Source: Octopus sinensis | Taxonomy: Eukaryota | Length of the DNA stretch: 64,000 nt | Assembly: GCF_006345805.1 (NCBI RefSeq) | Contig: NC_043005.1 | Span: forward strand, 71,052,001-71,116,000 | Direction of reading: 5' to 3' | In this document: piece by piece, positions 36,185 through 49,950 of the stretch | Numbering within the stretch: the stretch's first letter is position 1 | Layout of the letters: the number at the start of each line of letters is the position of its first letter | Position numbers and translations under genes: made by a program | Notes under the pieces: model-generated | What the model was told of the DNA's origin: nothing | Databases searched by the model: none | The model's input: only the letters and a program-made list of their open reading frames with translations

Positions 36185-36542
36185 TATTGATTGCTGACAA
36201 ATTCGAGCATGTTTTCAGATTATTCTTCAAAGAAATGGATTTTGTCAGAGAATAAATTGTATAGAATAATTTTTTCTTTTTCAATTTATACTCATACAGA
36301 CAGTTTCAAAGGAATTTGACAATCTACTAATACAGGACCCAGACGAAAAATAGTGTGATTGAAATATTTCCTTATTGTCTACAGATATGTACAAAATGGA
36401 TAAAAGAAATAGCAGAAACACTGCTCTCAAAGAAAAAGTAGGAAACGAAGACAACTACACATAACACGTATATTGTACAAGACACATATTTTTCTGCAAA
36501 GTTTCATGACAATCATAATATATACCCAATCATATTTTCAAG

Positions 36543-36782
36543 ATAAATCTTGCAGACGTTCTGGGAATCATCGCCAGTAACATTTTGGAGATTTCAAGGT
36601 GTTTCGGGTCTATAAAATCTCATTTGCAGACTCATGAAAAACGAACCTCTGGCCTCAAAAGACATTTTAGGATCCTCAAAGATAAGAACTTAACTGCAGC
36701 TCTTGGTGGCTCAAATCAGATATGCAATACATTGTCTGGTTTTAAAAACTACATCAGAAGCCATGGTGGAACTAAGGTGTAA
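36543..36782 (+). other. Degenerate C2H2-like segment (likely LINE C-terminus relic; possible exon)
   Basis: IKSHLQTH, GLKRHFRI and GFKNYIRSH resemble zinc-finger helices. The frame is open between an AG and GT/GTAAGT. Confidence 0.3.
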
Positions 36783-36959
36783 GTACACGACGCAGTCAGA
36801 CTCGGTATAAGGAGTATACAACCACCATATATATATGTATATATACTTTTTATACTTATTTTCCTGGTCAAAATTAAGATAAAAAAAGTTCCTTTTAATC
36901 TAAAATATACTCCTTCATTTTCTACAAATCCGTGTAGGATTTGATTGAGGACCATCTGA

Positions 36960-37930
36960 AGGACACAATCTTCTATTGTGAAATACTTTCAAATATAGAC
37001 CACCACATTATGAAGTTCCCAAAACAACTGAAACAAATTCATTTCCACTTAGTCTTGAGGTCGTAATCCTTTATACCAATATTCCATACGATTTATGAAT
37101 AAAGGCGATTATATACTGGCTTGAGGAACATAGAGAAGTGATCCCCAACAGATTTACAGTGCCATTTGTATTAGACACAGTCAGATTTATTCTGGAAAAT
37201 AAGATATTTTTCTTTAATGGAAATAATTACATCCAAATTAAAGGCACAGCGATGGGAACGAAGTTTGCTCCCGTTTACACGAATTCTGTAATGGTATATT
37301 TAGAACAACTCTATCAAGAAGTAGAGGAAAGCTAAAACACTAAATTTAGATAGTATATTGAAAAGGCATGGAAGAGATACCTTGATGAGTGCTTCATAAT
37401 TTGGACAGAATCTCTACTCTTGAAGAGTTCAATATCTTCCTGAGCAACCTACACCCACATCTTCAACTTACAAAGGAGAAGAGTAGTACCAAATGACCAT
37501 TCTTAGATGTAATGTTGATTAAAAAAGACACCACCATTACCACAGATATATATTATAAACACACAGACACACATCACTACCAGAATTTTAATTCGTGCCA
37601 TCCACCACATACAAATGCAACATCCCATACTGCCTAGCCAAAAGAATTTGTAGCATTGTAGAAGATGCAAATATCAGGAACAAGCGCCTAACAGAGCTAA
37701 GAGAATTTTGCTCAAACAAAAATACTCGTCTCTACTTATAGAAAACGGCATACACCGGACTATAAAAATACTTATACAACTGAAGACAATTCAAAGAAGA
37801 GGAAACAAGGATAAGTCATACCATTTATAATGACACACAACCAATGTCACCAGAATATCTTCAACATTGCCAAAGCAAATCTACCAATCATTGCTCAAAG
37901 TAATGACTTAAATGATATAATCATGGATCG
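36960..37930 (+). pseudogene. Penelope-like element reverse transcriptase relic
   Basis: LYTNIP, YIQIKGTAMGTKFAPVY, WKRYLDECFIIW, PFLDV and TDIYYKHTD..SCHP, with stops and frameshifts. Confidence 0.85.
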
Positions 37931-38041
37931 AATGTTGGTTCTTAGTAAAACGTGAAAATCATAATTGGAATTCCTTTGTTTAATATATTCTTCTATACAC
38001 AAGCATACACACCCATGTGTGTATATACATATATATAAATA

Positions 38042-38372
38042 TACCCCATTCGGTCATTAAGATCCATGGGATTGCACCTAGAAAGTTTCTCTCCGAGGTA
38101 CAAGTCCGGCAAGGTTGTTTATGGAAGACCAGCAGTCGCCCATGCATACCAGCCTCCTCTCTCCACGCCACCAGTGTTATCAAAGGGCAAGGCAACAGCC
38201 GGTACACCTCGGCACCAGCGATGTCGCAACTCATTTCTACAGCTGAGTGAACTGGAGCAACGTGAAAAAATGTGTCTTGCTCAAGAACACAACACGCAGC
38301 CCGGTCCGGGATTTGAACTCACAACCTCACGGTCGTAAGATCGACGCTCTAACCACTGAGCCATGCGCCTTC
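38042..38372 (-). mobile_element. tRNA-derived SINE with CTTGAGCAAGACAC central domain
   Basis: A box TGGCTCAGTGG and B box GTTCAAATCC. Homologous to 43350-43635. Confidence 0.8.
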
Positions 38373-38727
38373 ACACACAGACACACACACACACACACAA
38401 ACGAAACCATGAACGTACCAATGCATGAAGAATTGATGAAAGATTTCATAGAACATTCAAGAGATAAACACCAAATGGGAATCTAATGAATAGTCTATTT
38501 GTAGATGTCCCTGATCTTTTAGAAGGAAGTGGGTTCCTTCCTAGTCACTTCTGCACACGAACTTCTCACAGGCTTGTTTGTCGTGATGAAACAATTTCTG
38601 TAGCAGGAAGGCAAAATTGACATTATACTCAGATCCAACACCAACTGGTGGATCCTCACCCTGTTTGTATAAGATTACTCTAAATGCCTTGCATATATTT
38701 TCTAAGGTTATATCTTTTATCAATGAA

Positions 38728-39108
38728 CTAGCAGTATCGCCCGGCGTTGCTCGGGTTTGTAAGGGAAATAACTATAAAGCATTTTTAGAGAGTGATAGCC
38801 AAAAAATAGCAAAAAAATGGAAAAAAAAAGATGGTAAATTTTTTTGAGTTAAAAAGGTCGAGTTGCGTCCCCTAGACAGTCTGTGGTTTGTGTTTCTGAC
38901 TCTCGACCCCATGTCGAATTTATCGATTTTTTTCAGAACTGGGGGAACTTTTCAAAATTTTCGCTGCGTTAGATTTGAATTATGACATTGGGCTATGTGT
39001 GTGTCAAGTTTCATCAGAATCGGTTGAAAGCCGTGGTCATGGTGAGGGTACAACCTAACAGACACACAGAAACACACACAGACAAACTGCCGTTTATATA
39101 TAGAGAGA
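38728..39108 (-). mobile_element. Non-autonomous Helitron
   Basis: Same 3' hairpin and CTAG as 29850; 5' TCTCTCTATATATAA. Confidence 0.75.
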
Positions 39109-39587
39109 TGTATGTTTTTAAGTAATTATTCATTTATTGGCTTATATTGTGTCTCTATGTATTATGTATTACCTATATTGCATCCGACGTTTTTATAAAA
39201 CATTTTGGCACACCTCTACTCTTCGTAACTCCTATGTGTATCATTTTTTATTCTGTGTAAGTAAAAAGTCCCTGGTGGCAATAATAAAAGGAAAGAAAAT
39301 CATTCTACTACTGCTACTACTACTACTGTAGAGGTGTGTATAGCTAAATGGTTAGGGTTTTGCAATTATGATCGTAAATTTGTGCTTTCAGTTCATGGAC
39401 AGAGTGATGTTTTGTGCTCTTGAGCAAAACACTTCACTTTACGTTGCTCCAGTCTATTCCTCTGGTAAATGTGAGTAATCCTGTGACTAACCAGCGTTCC
39501 GTTCTGAGAGGAATAAAATAACGCCACAGTATATGGGAAACCAACCTTATGAGCCTGAAGGCTCAGAAAGAACCGTTGATACTTTTT

Positions 39588-39651
<64 letters not shown>

Positions 39652-40182
39652 ACTACTACTATTACTTTCGTGTCTGCATTAATCGTGCACAACGTCGATT
39701 CGTAACTTTAGCCCTGATTTATTTTTTCAAAGCTTTCCGATGGAATTCTAAAAAAATTAAGTTTGTTAACATTTTGTAACAATCTAAGAAAAACAAAATC
39801 AAGCAAAAAAAGAGACGGATTTTAATTAGAAAAGACAGTTATTTTCCACCGTCGTCTATTGTTCTCCGAAAATCTCCTCGTATAAAAATATCAGTAATTG
39901 TATTGGCATTTAAAGAAAGAAGGCCAGTAGGAGACAGAGCCAGAACGGACATGGTCGACGTTGATCCGAGGATGTCGCTTCTTCTTAAAAATGTTACTAA
40001 TCAAAGTGAAAATATGATTCGAATGAAAATTTTTCCAGAGAAATTTTGCTACAACGTCATCCTTATCAAATACAATGCTTGCATAACAATGTCACGCTCA
40101 ACTACAACCAAACTTTACTAACAGCAACATACCAGGCTTCTGATACGTTCAAATTTCAGATCTTTAAGGCTTGTGACTATTT

Positions 40183-40519
40183 TATTATTACCTCCGCCTT
40201 GGCAAAGGCAGAGGTACTGTTTCCAGTCGTGTTTCTCGGTGGACATGATATCTCAAGAACCAATGGATGGATTCGGGATGAAACTTTCAGGGATGTTTGG
40301 CCTTGTGACTGGTACGAACTGATTAGATTTTGGGATTGATCTGGTACCGGATAAGGATTCTGGATTATTTTTCCTTTCTTTGAGAGCGGTCAGATTCATT
40401 TTTAGTACCGTCGAGATTATTTAAAATATTTTCATTTTAAAAATCGTTTCTGGCTATTCGTTGAAAGAACATTGATGTTGCCTTGGTGGAGATTTGCACT
40501 CTCTGAGTGCTCTTGTTAG
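40183..40519 (+). mobile_element. Helentron-associated (DINE-1/HINE-like) non-autonomous element
   Basis: Subterminal inverted repeat CCTCCGCC / GGTGGAGA and 3' hairpin GCACTC..GAGTGC. Second copy at 62953-63324. Confidence 0.6.
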
Positions 40520-40985
40520 CAATAATTTCTTGAGAAGACGATGAGTTGACAGAATCGTCAGTACGCCGGACAAAATGTTTAGCTGCATTTCGTCCGTCTT
40601 TATGTTCTGAGTTCAAATTCCACCAAGGTCGACTTTATCTTTCATCCTTTCATGGTCAATAAAATAAGTACCAGTTGAACACTGGGGTAGGCGTAATCGA
40701 CGTACTCCTACCCCTGAACTGTCTGGCCTTGTGCCAAATTTTGAAACAATGATTAATTTCTTGAGAAAGCCGAGCGCTGGCAGGATCGTTAGCACGCCTG
40801 GCAAAATGCTTAGCGGCATCTCGTCCGTCTTTATGTTCTGAGTTCAAATTCCGACGAGGAGGACTATACACCTTTCATCCTTTTAGAGTAGATACAATAT
40901 GTACCAGTTAAGCGCTGGGGTCGATATAATCAGCTTACCCCCTCTCCAATAATAGCAGGCTTTTGTACCTATAACAGAAAAGATT
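40520..40985 (+). mobile_element. Two tandem tRNA-derived SINEs (same head and body as the tailed SINE, lacking the Tx1 tail)
   Basis: GAGTTCAAATTCC B box and a GGCCTTGTGCC / GGCTTTTGTACC-type end. Confidence 0.75.
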
Positions 40986-41286
40986 ATTATTTTCTTGAGA
41001 AGCTAAGCATGATTTTTGTTATCTGCATGCAAAACCACATTTGTGTTGAAAATTTAATGAAAAGATGTGATGCGAGGATAGATTTTAAAAAGACCCCCAT
41101 GTGCCAGCAGCAATCACAAAAAATAGTGAGGGAAAAGGAAAGGGATAAAAACAATAGTATCATTAATATTTCACACGAAACAACGAGGGATACGTATATT
41201 ATTTCCTAACATACTGAATAAAACAGTCAAACTTCGTTACAAATGCACCCAACCGTGCAAAGCAGCAGCAGCAGCAGTAGCAGTAA

Positions 41287-41337
<51 letters not shown>

Positions 41338-41941
41338 CAGCAGTAGTAGTAGTAGTAGTAGTAGTGAGAGATCATATTTGATAATGTCGACATAGTTATG
41401 TAACTAACACATAGGTTGGCCGTAGCTGGAACTCCGTTCGTCAAACGTCAGGTCGACCAGAGCTGATCTGGACTAAACAAGGAAGAACATTCTGGATAAT
41501 GTAGTTTTTAGCTATATGTCTGGGGAAATAAAAGGCGCTGTAGTCTTAGCTACAATGCTTTTCATCGTAGCATCAACGTTGTGATTTGGAATAAACCAAC
41601 CTTAGGTTAGTTAAAATACGTTTGTGATATATTTTAACTTGTAAAACTTGTAAAAAAAAATTCACTGCAATTACTCCGAAGAAAAAAATGTTCTCTTATG
41701 GTTAAAGATGTAAAAACACCATATCTGCAGGGTGATCTCCTCTAGCGAATTTCCAGAGACGTGTTTCTGGCTATTTAGCTTCCTCAGTAGGAAATGCCGA
41801 AGAGCGACAGCCCTGAACGCAAGGTGGACATAGGCTATATCACATGGAAATGAAACATTGGTTGATATGTTCGTTGGTACAATATGTTTGGAGAAATTAC
41901 CAAATAGCCATAGATGGAACACTTTTGATTATATGATTCAT

Positions 41942-42468
41942 CACCTTAAATCCTCGAGTATAGTCCGCCCTTGAGTATAATACGCAGGGGATTTTTAGGG
42001 GGCTGTACCTCTGAAAAACCTAAATCTTGTGTATAATACGCACCCCTTCTCTAACTTGAGTCGTGCGTAATTAAGCCAGCAGCACCTAGTCGAACAAGCA
42101 CTTCCGCGCATGCGTAATACATTAATGGTGATGTTCTTAACTGTTATATGAGAATTTAGATATGTTTGCAAATTGGTTTTGTTACATGTTATTCTGTGTT
42201 CTGAATATTTTTATTTTAATAAATGTTGCTTACTGCAAGTTACGGATGATTCTTTTATGATTTCATTGCTTTCAAGCTTAGCTTAAGGTATTTTCGCGCC
42301 CGACATCGCAAAATGCGTCTGAATAAACATTGCCGGACAGCAAATAGAGACTCGGACATTGCTTAGAAAATAATTTTCATTTTTAACCTCGTATATAGTA
42401 CGCGCTAGGGATTTTGACCTTTAAATTTCAGGAAAAAATGTGCGGATTATACTCGAAGATTTACGGTA
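41942..42468. mobile_element. MITE with ~28-bp TIRs (pogo/Tigger-like)
   Basis: CACCTTAAATCCTCGAGTATAGTCCGC versus GCGGATTATACTCGAAGATTTACGGTA. Confidence 0.7.
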
Positions 42469-42969
42469 ATCAAATCTCATTTGAGCTAAACAAAGTGACT
42501 TAACACTAACGATACCAAGAACAAAACAAAAAAAAGACTAAAAACAACGACACAATCCCACAAAGACGATGCAATTCGTAAGTTCAGGAATACAGAGATA
42601 TACCTGATGTGACAACAAAATTTCAGTCGAAACTACTTAAAATCTAAAAATATTTAAGCTCGGTTATTTTTATAATAATTTCCATGCATTTGTGAGACAG
42701 GTTTTATGCAGTTTGAGATCGTTTTCACGCAATTTTTTACATTGAGAAACGGGAAATATTCTAAAAATGGCCAAGCTGCAGATGAGCTATGATGATGGTG
42801 ATATCGGTGATGAAGCTGACGAAAGCAATGATCCTGAAAGTGATGATGACATTGAGGAAACTATAAATAACGACGACAGCTATAGAATCATGAATATAGC
42901 ATCAACTTTTTATAAGGTTGCATTCAGCTCTATCATTTATGCAATGATTACACTAGCCTACACGCTGTG

Positions 42970-42977
42970 ATATGTGA

Positions 42978-43048
<71 letters not shown>

Positions 43049-43109
43049 GTGTGTGTATGTGTGTGTGTGTGTGTGTGTATGTGTGTGTGTGTGTATGTGT
43101 GTGTGTGTG

Positions 43110-43140
<31 letters not shown>
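42970..43140. repeat. (GT)n microsatellite
   Basis: Direct reading. Confidence 0.95.
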
Positions 43141-43142
<2 letters not shown>

Positions 43143-43349
43143 GGGTGTGAGAAGATAGAATGAATGGCGTTGAGAGGGAACCGAGGGTGTGTACAGGAAG
43201 TGAATGGCACGTAAATAATTTTCATAATCACAAAAAAAAAACAGTCATACATCCGTACATATACATGCAGATACATATATATATATATACTCACATACAT
43301 ATATATACATGTACGTACATGTGTGCGTGTGTGTGTGTGTATGTGTGTC

Positions 43350-43635
43350 GGGCTTGCAATCCTGATGTTGTGAGTCCGATTCCCGGACATGGCTGTGTCT
43401 TGTGTTCTTGAGCAAGACACGTTACTCCTGTTCACTCAGCTGTAAAAATGAGTTGTGACGTCACTGGTGCCAAGCAGTATCGGCATTTTACTTTCTTGGA
43501 ACAACATCGGTGGGGTGGAGAGGGGGAGACTAGTATGCACGGCCAACTGCTAGTCCTCCACAAACAATCTTGCACGGACTTATGCCTCGAAAGGGAACAT
43601 TCTAGATGCATTTCCATGGTCGTTCGTGACCGAAG
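43350..43635 (+). mobile_element. SINE, same family as 38042-38372
   Basis: Colinear similarity. Confidence 0.75.
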
Positions 43636-43917
43636 ATCTTTATCCTTACCCTTACACCCTTACACACGCACGCACACACACAAACACACAAACACACACA
43701 TATTCCATACATATACACATAATATGGCACGACTGAAACAGAGCAACTGCCGCTTCTGTTTATCACATTCTTCAAAAGTTTCTGTGGTAAGTAACTTGCT
43801 TACAAACTACACGGTTCCGGGTTCAGTCCCACTTAGGTATGTATCTTCTACTATAGCCTCGAGTCAACCAAATCCTTGTGATTGGATTTGGTAGACGGAA
43901 ACTGAAAGAAGCCCGTC

Positions 43918-43955
<38 letters not shown>

Positions 43956-44654
43956 CTGAAACAAATAAAAGAATAATTATTTTATGCCAAAAAATTATAC
44001 AAACTAGATTCTGATTCGTTAGTATTTATACTTTACATTATTGCGTGACCTTGGAAGTCTCCTTTGAACCCGTTTATTTAATTCGATCAACTTCCCAGTA
44101 TTTTTAACTGTGTGATCAGTATTCTGTGATGCGTTGATGGTCACCGGCATCTGGGGAATCAGAACAAGCTTTGGCGCCATTAATCTCCTCCCCATTGTTG
44201 GCTAATCCCATGATATTTCATATTATTTTAAGTCAGAAGTCACAGTCCCAGGTATATGTAAAATTTCATACATTATTGCATTTACTGAAACGTGAAATTA
44301 ATGATTATTGAATACAATGATATATATTATAGTGAATGAAATATTTCGCATTTATACACACGAGAAATGAACGTACATTAAGGCAACTCGTTTATTGATA
44401 AGCAAAAGTAAAGGATGAACAACGACTTTTGACTCCAATCAAATTATTATTGCATATCCTTGACACACACTTATAGCATCGCTTATGGCATATGCAAATA
44501 TGTAATTGCTTTATGAAATTCTGGTACAACACAAACATTTCATAAGATGCCTGCATAGAATTTATACCAAGTCTTAAGTTTATGAGTATTCTATATTGCA
44601 AAGGCATGTTATTCGCTTGTTTTATTACAAGGCTGTTATATTCTAGGTTTTTAG

Positions 44655-44814
44655 CCCAACAAATCGACCCAAAGACAAATTTTCTAAGCCTGGTATTTAT
44701 TCTATCGGTCTCTTTTGCCGAACCGCTAGGTTACGGGGACGTAAACACACTAGCATCGGTTATCAAGCGATGCTGGGGGAACAAACACAGAAACACAAGC
44801 ATACACACACACAC

Positions 44815-44863
<49 letters not shown>

Positions 44864-45020
44864 CGACGGGCTTCTTTCAGTTTCCGTCTACCAAATCCAC
44901 TCACAAGGCTTTGGTTGGCTCGAGGCTATAGTAGAAGACACTTGCCCAAGGTGCCACGCAGTGGGACTGAACCCGGAACCATGTGGTTGGTAAGCAAGCT
45001 ACTTACCACACAGCCACTCC
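44655..45020 (-). mobile_element. High-copy SINE (same family as 25550-25985)
   Basis: Colinear similarity. Confidence 0.85.
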
Positions 45021-46094
45021 TACTTGGCAATAATTATTAATTCAATTATTTATATTAACAGAACTGATCGACCGTTTTTGTGTGCAAGAAGATAACAGTA
45101 TACAGTGATGCAGATGAATGGTTTTTACAATTCATTGAATTACCTGGGACAAACGCGAAACCCTTCGTCAGGATTCTTCTTCCATTAATTAAGAACTAAT
45201 GGTTGTCATTGATTGTGTGGTATGGTCAGGCTTAACATGGAACACGTGCACTATTAAGTGTAATATCTAATCTCCAAATAAAGCTTAGATAAGTTGCTAC
45301 AGATGCACGCAATTTAGATTTGGTTTTAGTTGATACAGTAAGAGCCAATTTTCGCATCAATATTTCACATTATTTTTACAGAAACCTAGGCAGATATTAC
45401 ATTATTATTATTATCAGGCATAACTACGCGAGGTGGCAGAATCGTAAACACGTCAGGCAGCATCCTAAGCGTCATTTCTTCCGTCTTCATGATACAAGTT
45501 CAAATTCCGCCAAGGTCGACTTTGCCTTTAATATTTATGGGATCGATAAAATAAGCACCAGTTGAGCACTGAGGTCAATGAAATCGACTAGCATCCGCCC
45601 CCTGAATTTAAGGACTTGTGCATATAGTAGAAACGATTATTATTATCATTCCTTTTGTTCATCATGCACAAATACGTGTGTATCCACAATTATTTTATTA
45701 ATTTTATTCGATTTTAGAAAAATTGAAGCATGTCTTTGATAATTCCAGAGTGTTTTAACCTTCTTTTGTGCGTGACTTTTGGCTCACCCTCCATATTGAA
45801 GAGTAAATTACTAGATAAGTCATTCAGTTTCTCCATTTATTTACAGAAAAAGTATTTAGATCAGGTAATATTATCTGAATTATGTGAAATTATGAATCTT
45901 AATTCAAACAAGATTCAGAAGGAAGCAGTCGAGTTGGCTTGAACATATGACATTCGTGCGAAATACAAACAACACAGAGAATATAAAAGACAACCATTCC
46001 ATTATGAAGTTCTTTCAGGATGAAGGTATATATGACGTGCGACTGAAATACATACTTTATTCTATTACTTAGTTACTTTAGATTCTTAATATCT

Positions 46095-46760
46095 TTAGAT
46101 TTGCCTGGACCGGCGAGCTGGCAGAAACGATAGCATGCCGGGCAAGATGATTTGCGGCATTTCGTCCGTCTTTATGTTCTGGGTTCAAATTCAACCAGGG
46201 TCGATTTTTGGTTTTTGTACTTTCGCCGTCGGTAAAATAAATACCAATTGAGCACTGGGGGCAATTTAATCGACTTATCTCCTCCTTCGAAATTGTTAGC
46301 CTTCTGCCAAAATTTGAAACCAATATCTTTAGCTTTACATAGGGCAGCAAGCAATAAAGAAATAAGAAACGTTAGCAAATCGGGCGAAGTGCTTAGCCGT
46401 ATTTCGTCTGCCGCTACGTTGTGAGTTCAAATTCCACCGAGGTCGACTTTGCCTTTCATCCTTTCGGGGTCGATTAAATAAGTACAAGTTACGCACTGGG
46501 GTCGATATAATCGACTTAATCCGTTTGGCTGTCCTTGTATGACCTCTCTGTATGTAGCCCCTTGTGGGTAGTAAAGAAATAGGCATTTCATCCGTCTATA
46601 TCTTCTGAGTTCAAATTCCATCGAGCTCGGCTTCGCATTTCATCCTTTCGGGGTCAATTAAATAAGTACCAGTTGAACACTAGGGGGGTCGATGCAATCG
46701 TCTTATCCCCTCCCCCGACACTGCTGGCCTAGTGCCAAAATATGAAACCAATATCGCTAG
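46095..46760 (+). mobile_element. Nested SINE cluster including a Tx1-tailed unit (46366-46581)
   Basis: Tail TAGCCCCTTGTGGGTAGTAAAGAAATA is joined to GGCATTTC of a tail-less SINE body. Confidence 0.8.
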
Positions 46761-47134
46761 CTTTACAACTTTGGTCCGTTTAAAGTTCTAGTACTCATAA
46801 GGCCTGTCCTTAACCTAGTTTTTACGGCTTACAATTAACTAAGATGACGACCTCCCACTCTGAAACAGATATTGTTATATTTTGGGACGGTCATTTTTTT
46901 GGGTGGGGTAGGACAAATAAACACACACACTATATATTTTTCCTTCATTCGTTTATTACAGATATTATTTTATTATTTTAACTCATGTCTGGAAATCTTT
47001 CGTCACACAATAGACATGAGTTAAAATAACAAAAAAAAAACAAAATAAGAACAGTAATAAACGAGTGAAGAAAATATATATATTGCGTTTGTTTATTTGG
47101 CAAAAAAATGACCATCCCGAAATACAACAATATA

Positions 47135-47400
47135 TATATATATATATGGGGAGAATTCACAAAAATATAAACAAAATACGAAGACAGGTGGTGTAGACAA
47201 CAAACAGATGTATTAGTATAACGCTCGGGAATTGAAAAAGGCTTTAACGTTTCGAGCTTACGCACTTCCACAGAAAGAAACAAGGAGAGAAAATAAAGAA
47301 TGTGAAATGGCTAGCGATCTATCATGGCGAATGCCGGACAGAAGGGTCACACAGGAGAGCTAGGGAGAAGGGGAGATAATAAAGTAGTGGTGATCCCTAT
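47135..47400 (-). mobile_element. Penelope-derived repeat with degenerate hammerhead (47242-47277)
   Basis: Sense CTTT CTGTGGA A GTGC GTAA GCTC GAAAC GTT AAAG, adjacent to (TA)n. Confidence 0.5.
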
Positions 47401-48485
47401 ACATATTTTATCAAGTCTGAAAGGATGAAAAACAAAATTGGCCTCTATGGAGTTTGAACTCAGAATGTAAGTACGAATAAAATACCACCAAGAATTTCAT
47501 CTAGCATGCTAACAATTCTGTCAGCTCACCGGCTTCATGGAAACTATACTCAAGAAATATCATACAGTTTACATTCTATAGCATATACACATATTTGTAA
47601 CACAACACTATATAACTGAGCCTATTACTTTATATAACTGCTTTGCTCAGAAGCTCAGATGTTTTCTGATAGGAAATTATGATATATCCAATGTATTACT
47701 TTCTGTTACTGATAAGCTATATTGCCTACCAATGCTTCACTCTCGTTCTCCACCAGATTTCATAATATATAAGTCACTTATAATCTTCCTTTCATTCATT
47801 GAATGAAGCCCTTTATTGCTGTTATTTAGCCTCAATCAACTTTTCTGGATCAGAAAAGGCAAGACATCTCAAGTCATATAAGTTATTATTACTAAAACTT
47901 ATTAAGCAATTTTTAATAATAATAACATATTTGACTTGAGATGTCTTGCATTGGTGTTTGTTTCCCTTTTTAACAAAATTATATCCGCTGTATCGGCAAT
48001 CTACAATAGTTCCATAGTTCCATAACTCCTGTCTCGGTTACGAGCTTGGAACCCTAGTAATCCGTTACACCACTTACCCAGCATACCTATCCGTTTAGAT
48101 CACTTGTCGACTAAACCCATATACACTCACACACACACACTAATTTTGCCGATCCTGGTGAGGGCGTGTATTTTTGCCATTATCCTTTTTGAGAATTGAA
48201 GTAAGCGTGGGGTCGGGAAGAATGACTAAAAAACACTGCTCTAAATCAAACCAATATCTCATGCTGCTAGGTTCTTTTGATTAACATCAGTTTCCAGAGG
48301 CTGACCGTTATGAACGAATGCTGGGTCATCGCAGCCACTTTACCTCAAGGTTAGAAAAGTTAAACAAAAACGTGGAGAGCAAAGGAAATAGCTCAAAAGC
48401 GAACTTAAATGGAATTTGAACAAGGAGAGCAGTAACCTGTGTAACTGAGAATCTAGGATGATTACGTATGTACATTCATATATAT

Positions 48486-48531
<46 letters not shown>

Positions 48532-49559
48532 TACATATATATATATATAAAAGAAAATTTACTTTTAGACATATAAATGTGTATGTATATGTGTTCACGT
48601 CTGTCTTTTAATGTATGGCGGAATTCATCTATTTTGAGTTTGCTTCCGAGTGTTTACATATATGAGTGTGTATATACATATATAGTGTGTATATACATAT
48701 ACACACTATATATATATATATATATACATATATTGTATATATACATATATACACACAACATGCATACATACATTATATATATTACAAACATACATACATT
48801 ATATACATTACATACACAAACACACCCACAAATACACACACATACACACATATATATATGTATGTATATGTATGTGTTATTGGTGGAAAGAACATGATAC
48901 AAAATTTACATTGTGATCGATACATTGAAGGCACTTTGATGATTTTTTTAGGTGTACTGGTGCCAGGATTTTGTTGAAAGGCAATTCATTTAGAATTTCA
49001 CTCTCTTTATCCTATAGGGAAAGATAATATTAATGATGGCCATGTTTTAGACTGTTATACGTCTCTTTTATACTTGATTGCATTTCCGTCTGAACTTGGC
49101 TTCGTAGAATATTCTAAAGAGAGGTCACTTGCAGCTGTTGTTTATCTATAGGCTGTTTAAATAAAAAGTCATTCTCTTAAATGGCGACAAGTGAAAAAGA
49201 AAGAAAAAAAGATGGAACCGAAAAAAAATTTTGTAAACTACTATGTATGTGCGTGTGAGTGATTGTGAGTGTAGTCTATTTTCATTTTTATTCGACTTTA
49301 TATATCACCTCCATTTCTATTCCTAACTAAAGTATCTACTAATACCGTTCACCTTCCAGCACCACTCCTTACCATTCTACCATTGAAACATAAATTATTC
49401 TTTCAACGACTACCTTATTTTTGGCTTAATTTTATGACCACAAAATAAACTAGACCGGTGAGCAAATCCTTAAATATCTTCCAAAATTCTAGTTTTTCTA
49501 AACTAAAGTATATTTTAGTGCCTACCTACTGCATCCATCCTCAGTTTGCTAAACTGCAA

Positions 49560-49835
49560 TCTTGTTCCTTACTTACATTATTTACATTAGACGGATATTA
49601 ATCCTCATCTTGTTTCTTAACACGTTTCGGTTTATATACTTTCCAGCCTTCATCAGGTATCTTGGGGATATTTCGAACCTGGGTTCTCATTCCTAACGTA
49701 TTTTTCGATGTTGTTGTTGTTGTTATTATTATATTATTACTACTACTACTACTAGTATTATTATTGTTAAGGTCACTGTTTGGAATCGAACTCGGAATCT
49801 TGGGGTTAGTAGCCCACGCTCTTAGCCACTACACC
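49560..49835 (-). mobile_element. tRNA-headed hammerhead SINE (same family as 25118)
   Basis: A box TGGTGTAGTGG, B box GAGTTCGATTCC, and CTGATGA A GGCTG...GAAAC at 49617-49660. Confidence 0.7.
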
Positions 49836-49950
49836 ATATTCCCGTGGGCTATGTGGTTAAGAGCGCGGGCTACTAACTCTAATATTCCGAGTTCAATTCC
49901 AAGCAGTGACCTGAACAATAATAATAATAGTAATAATAATAACAATAATA

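Noticed and set aside
42767-42970. Acidic 67-aa ORF as a host exon or piggyBac N-terminus
   Set aside because: No downstream homologous sequence or splice support; low complexity.
45730-46050. Possible second hAT fragment (KYKQHREYKRQPFHYE)
   Set aside because: Too short and degenerate to call.
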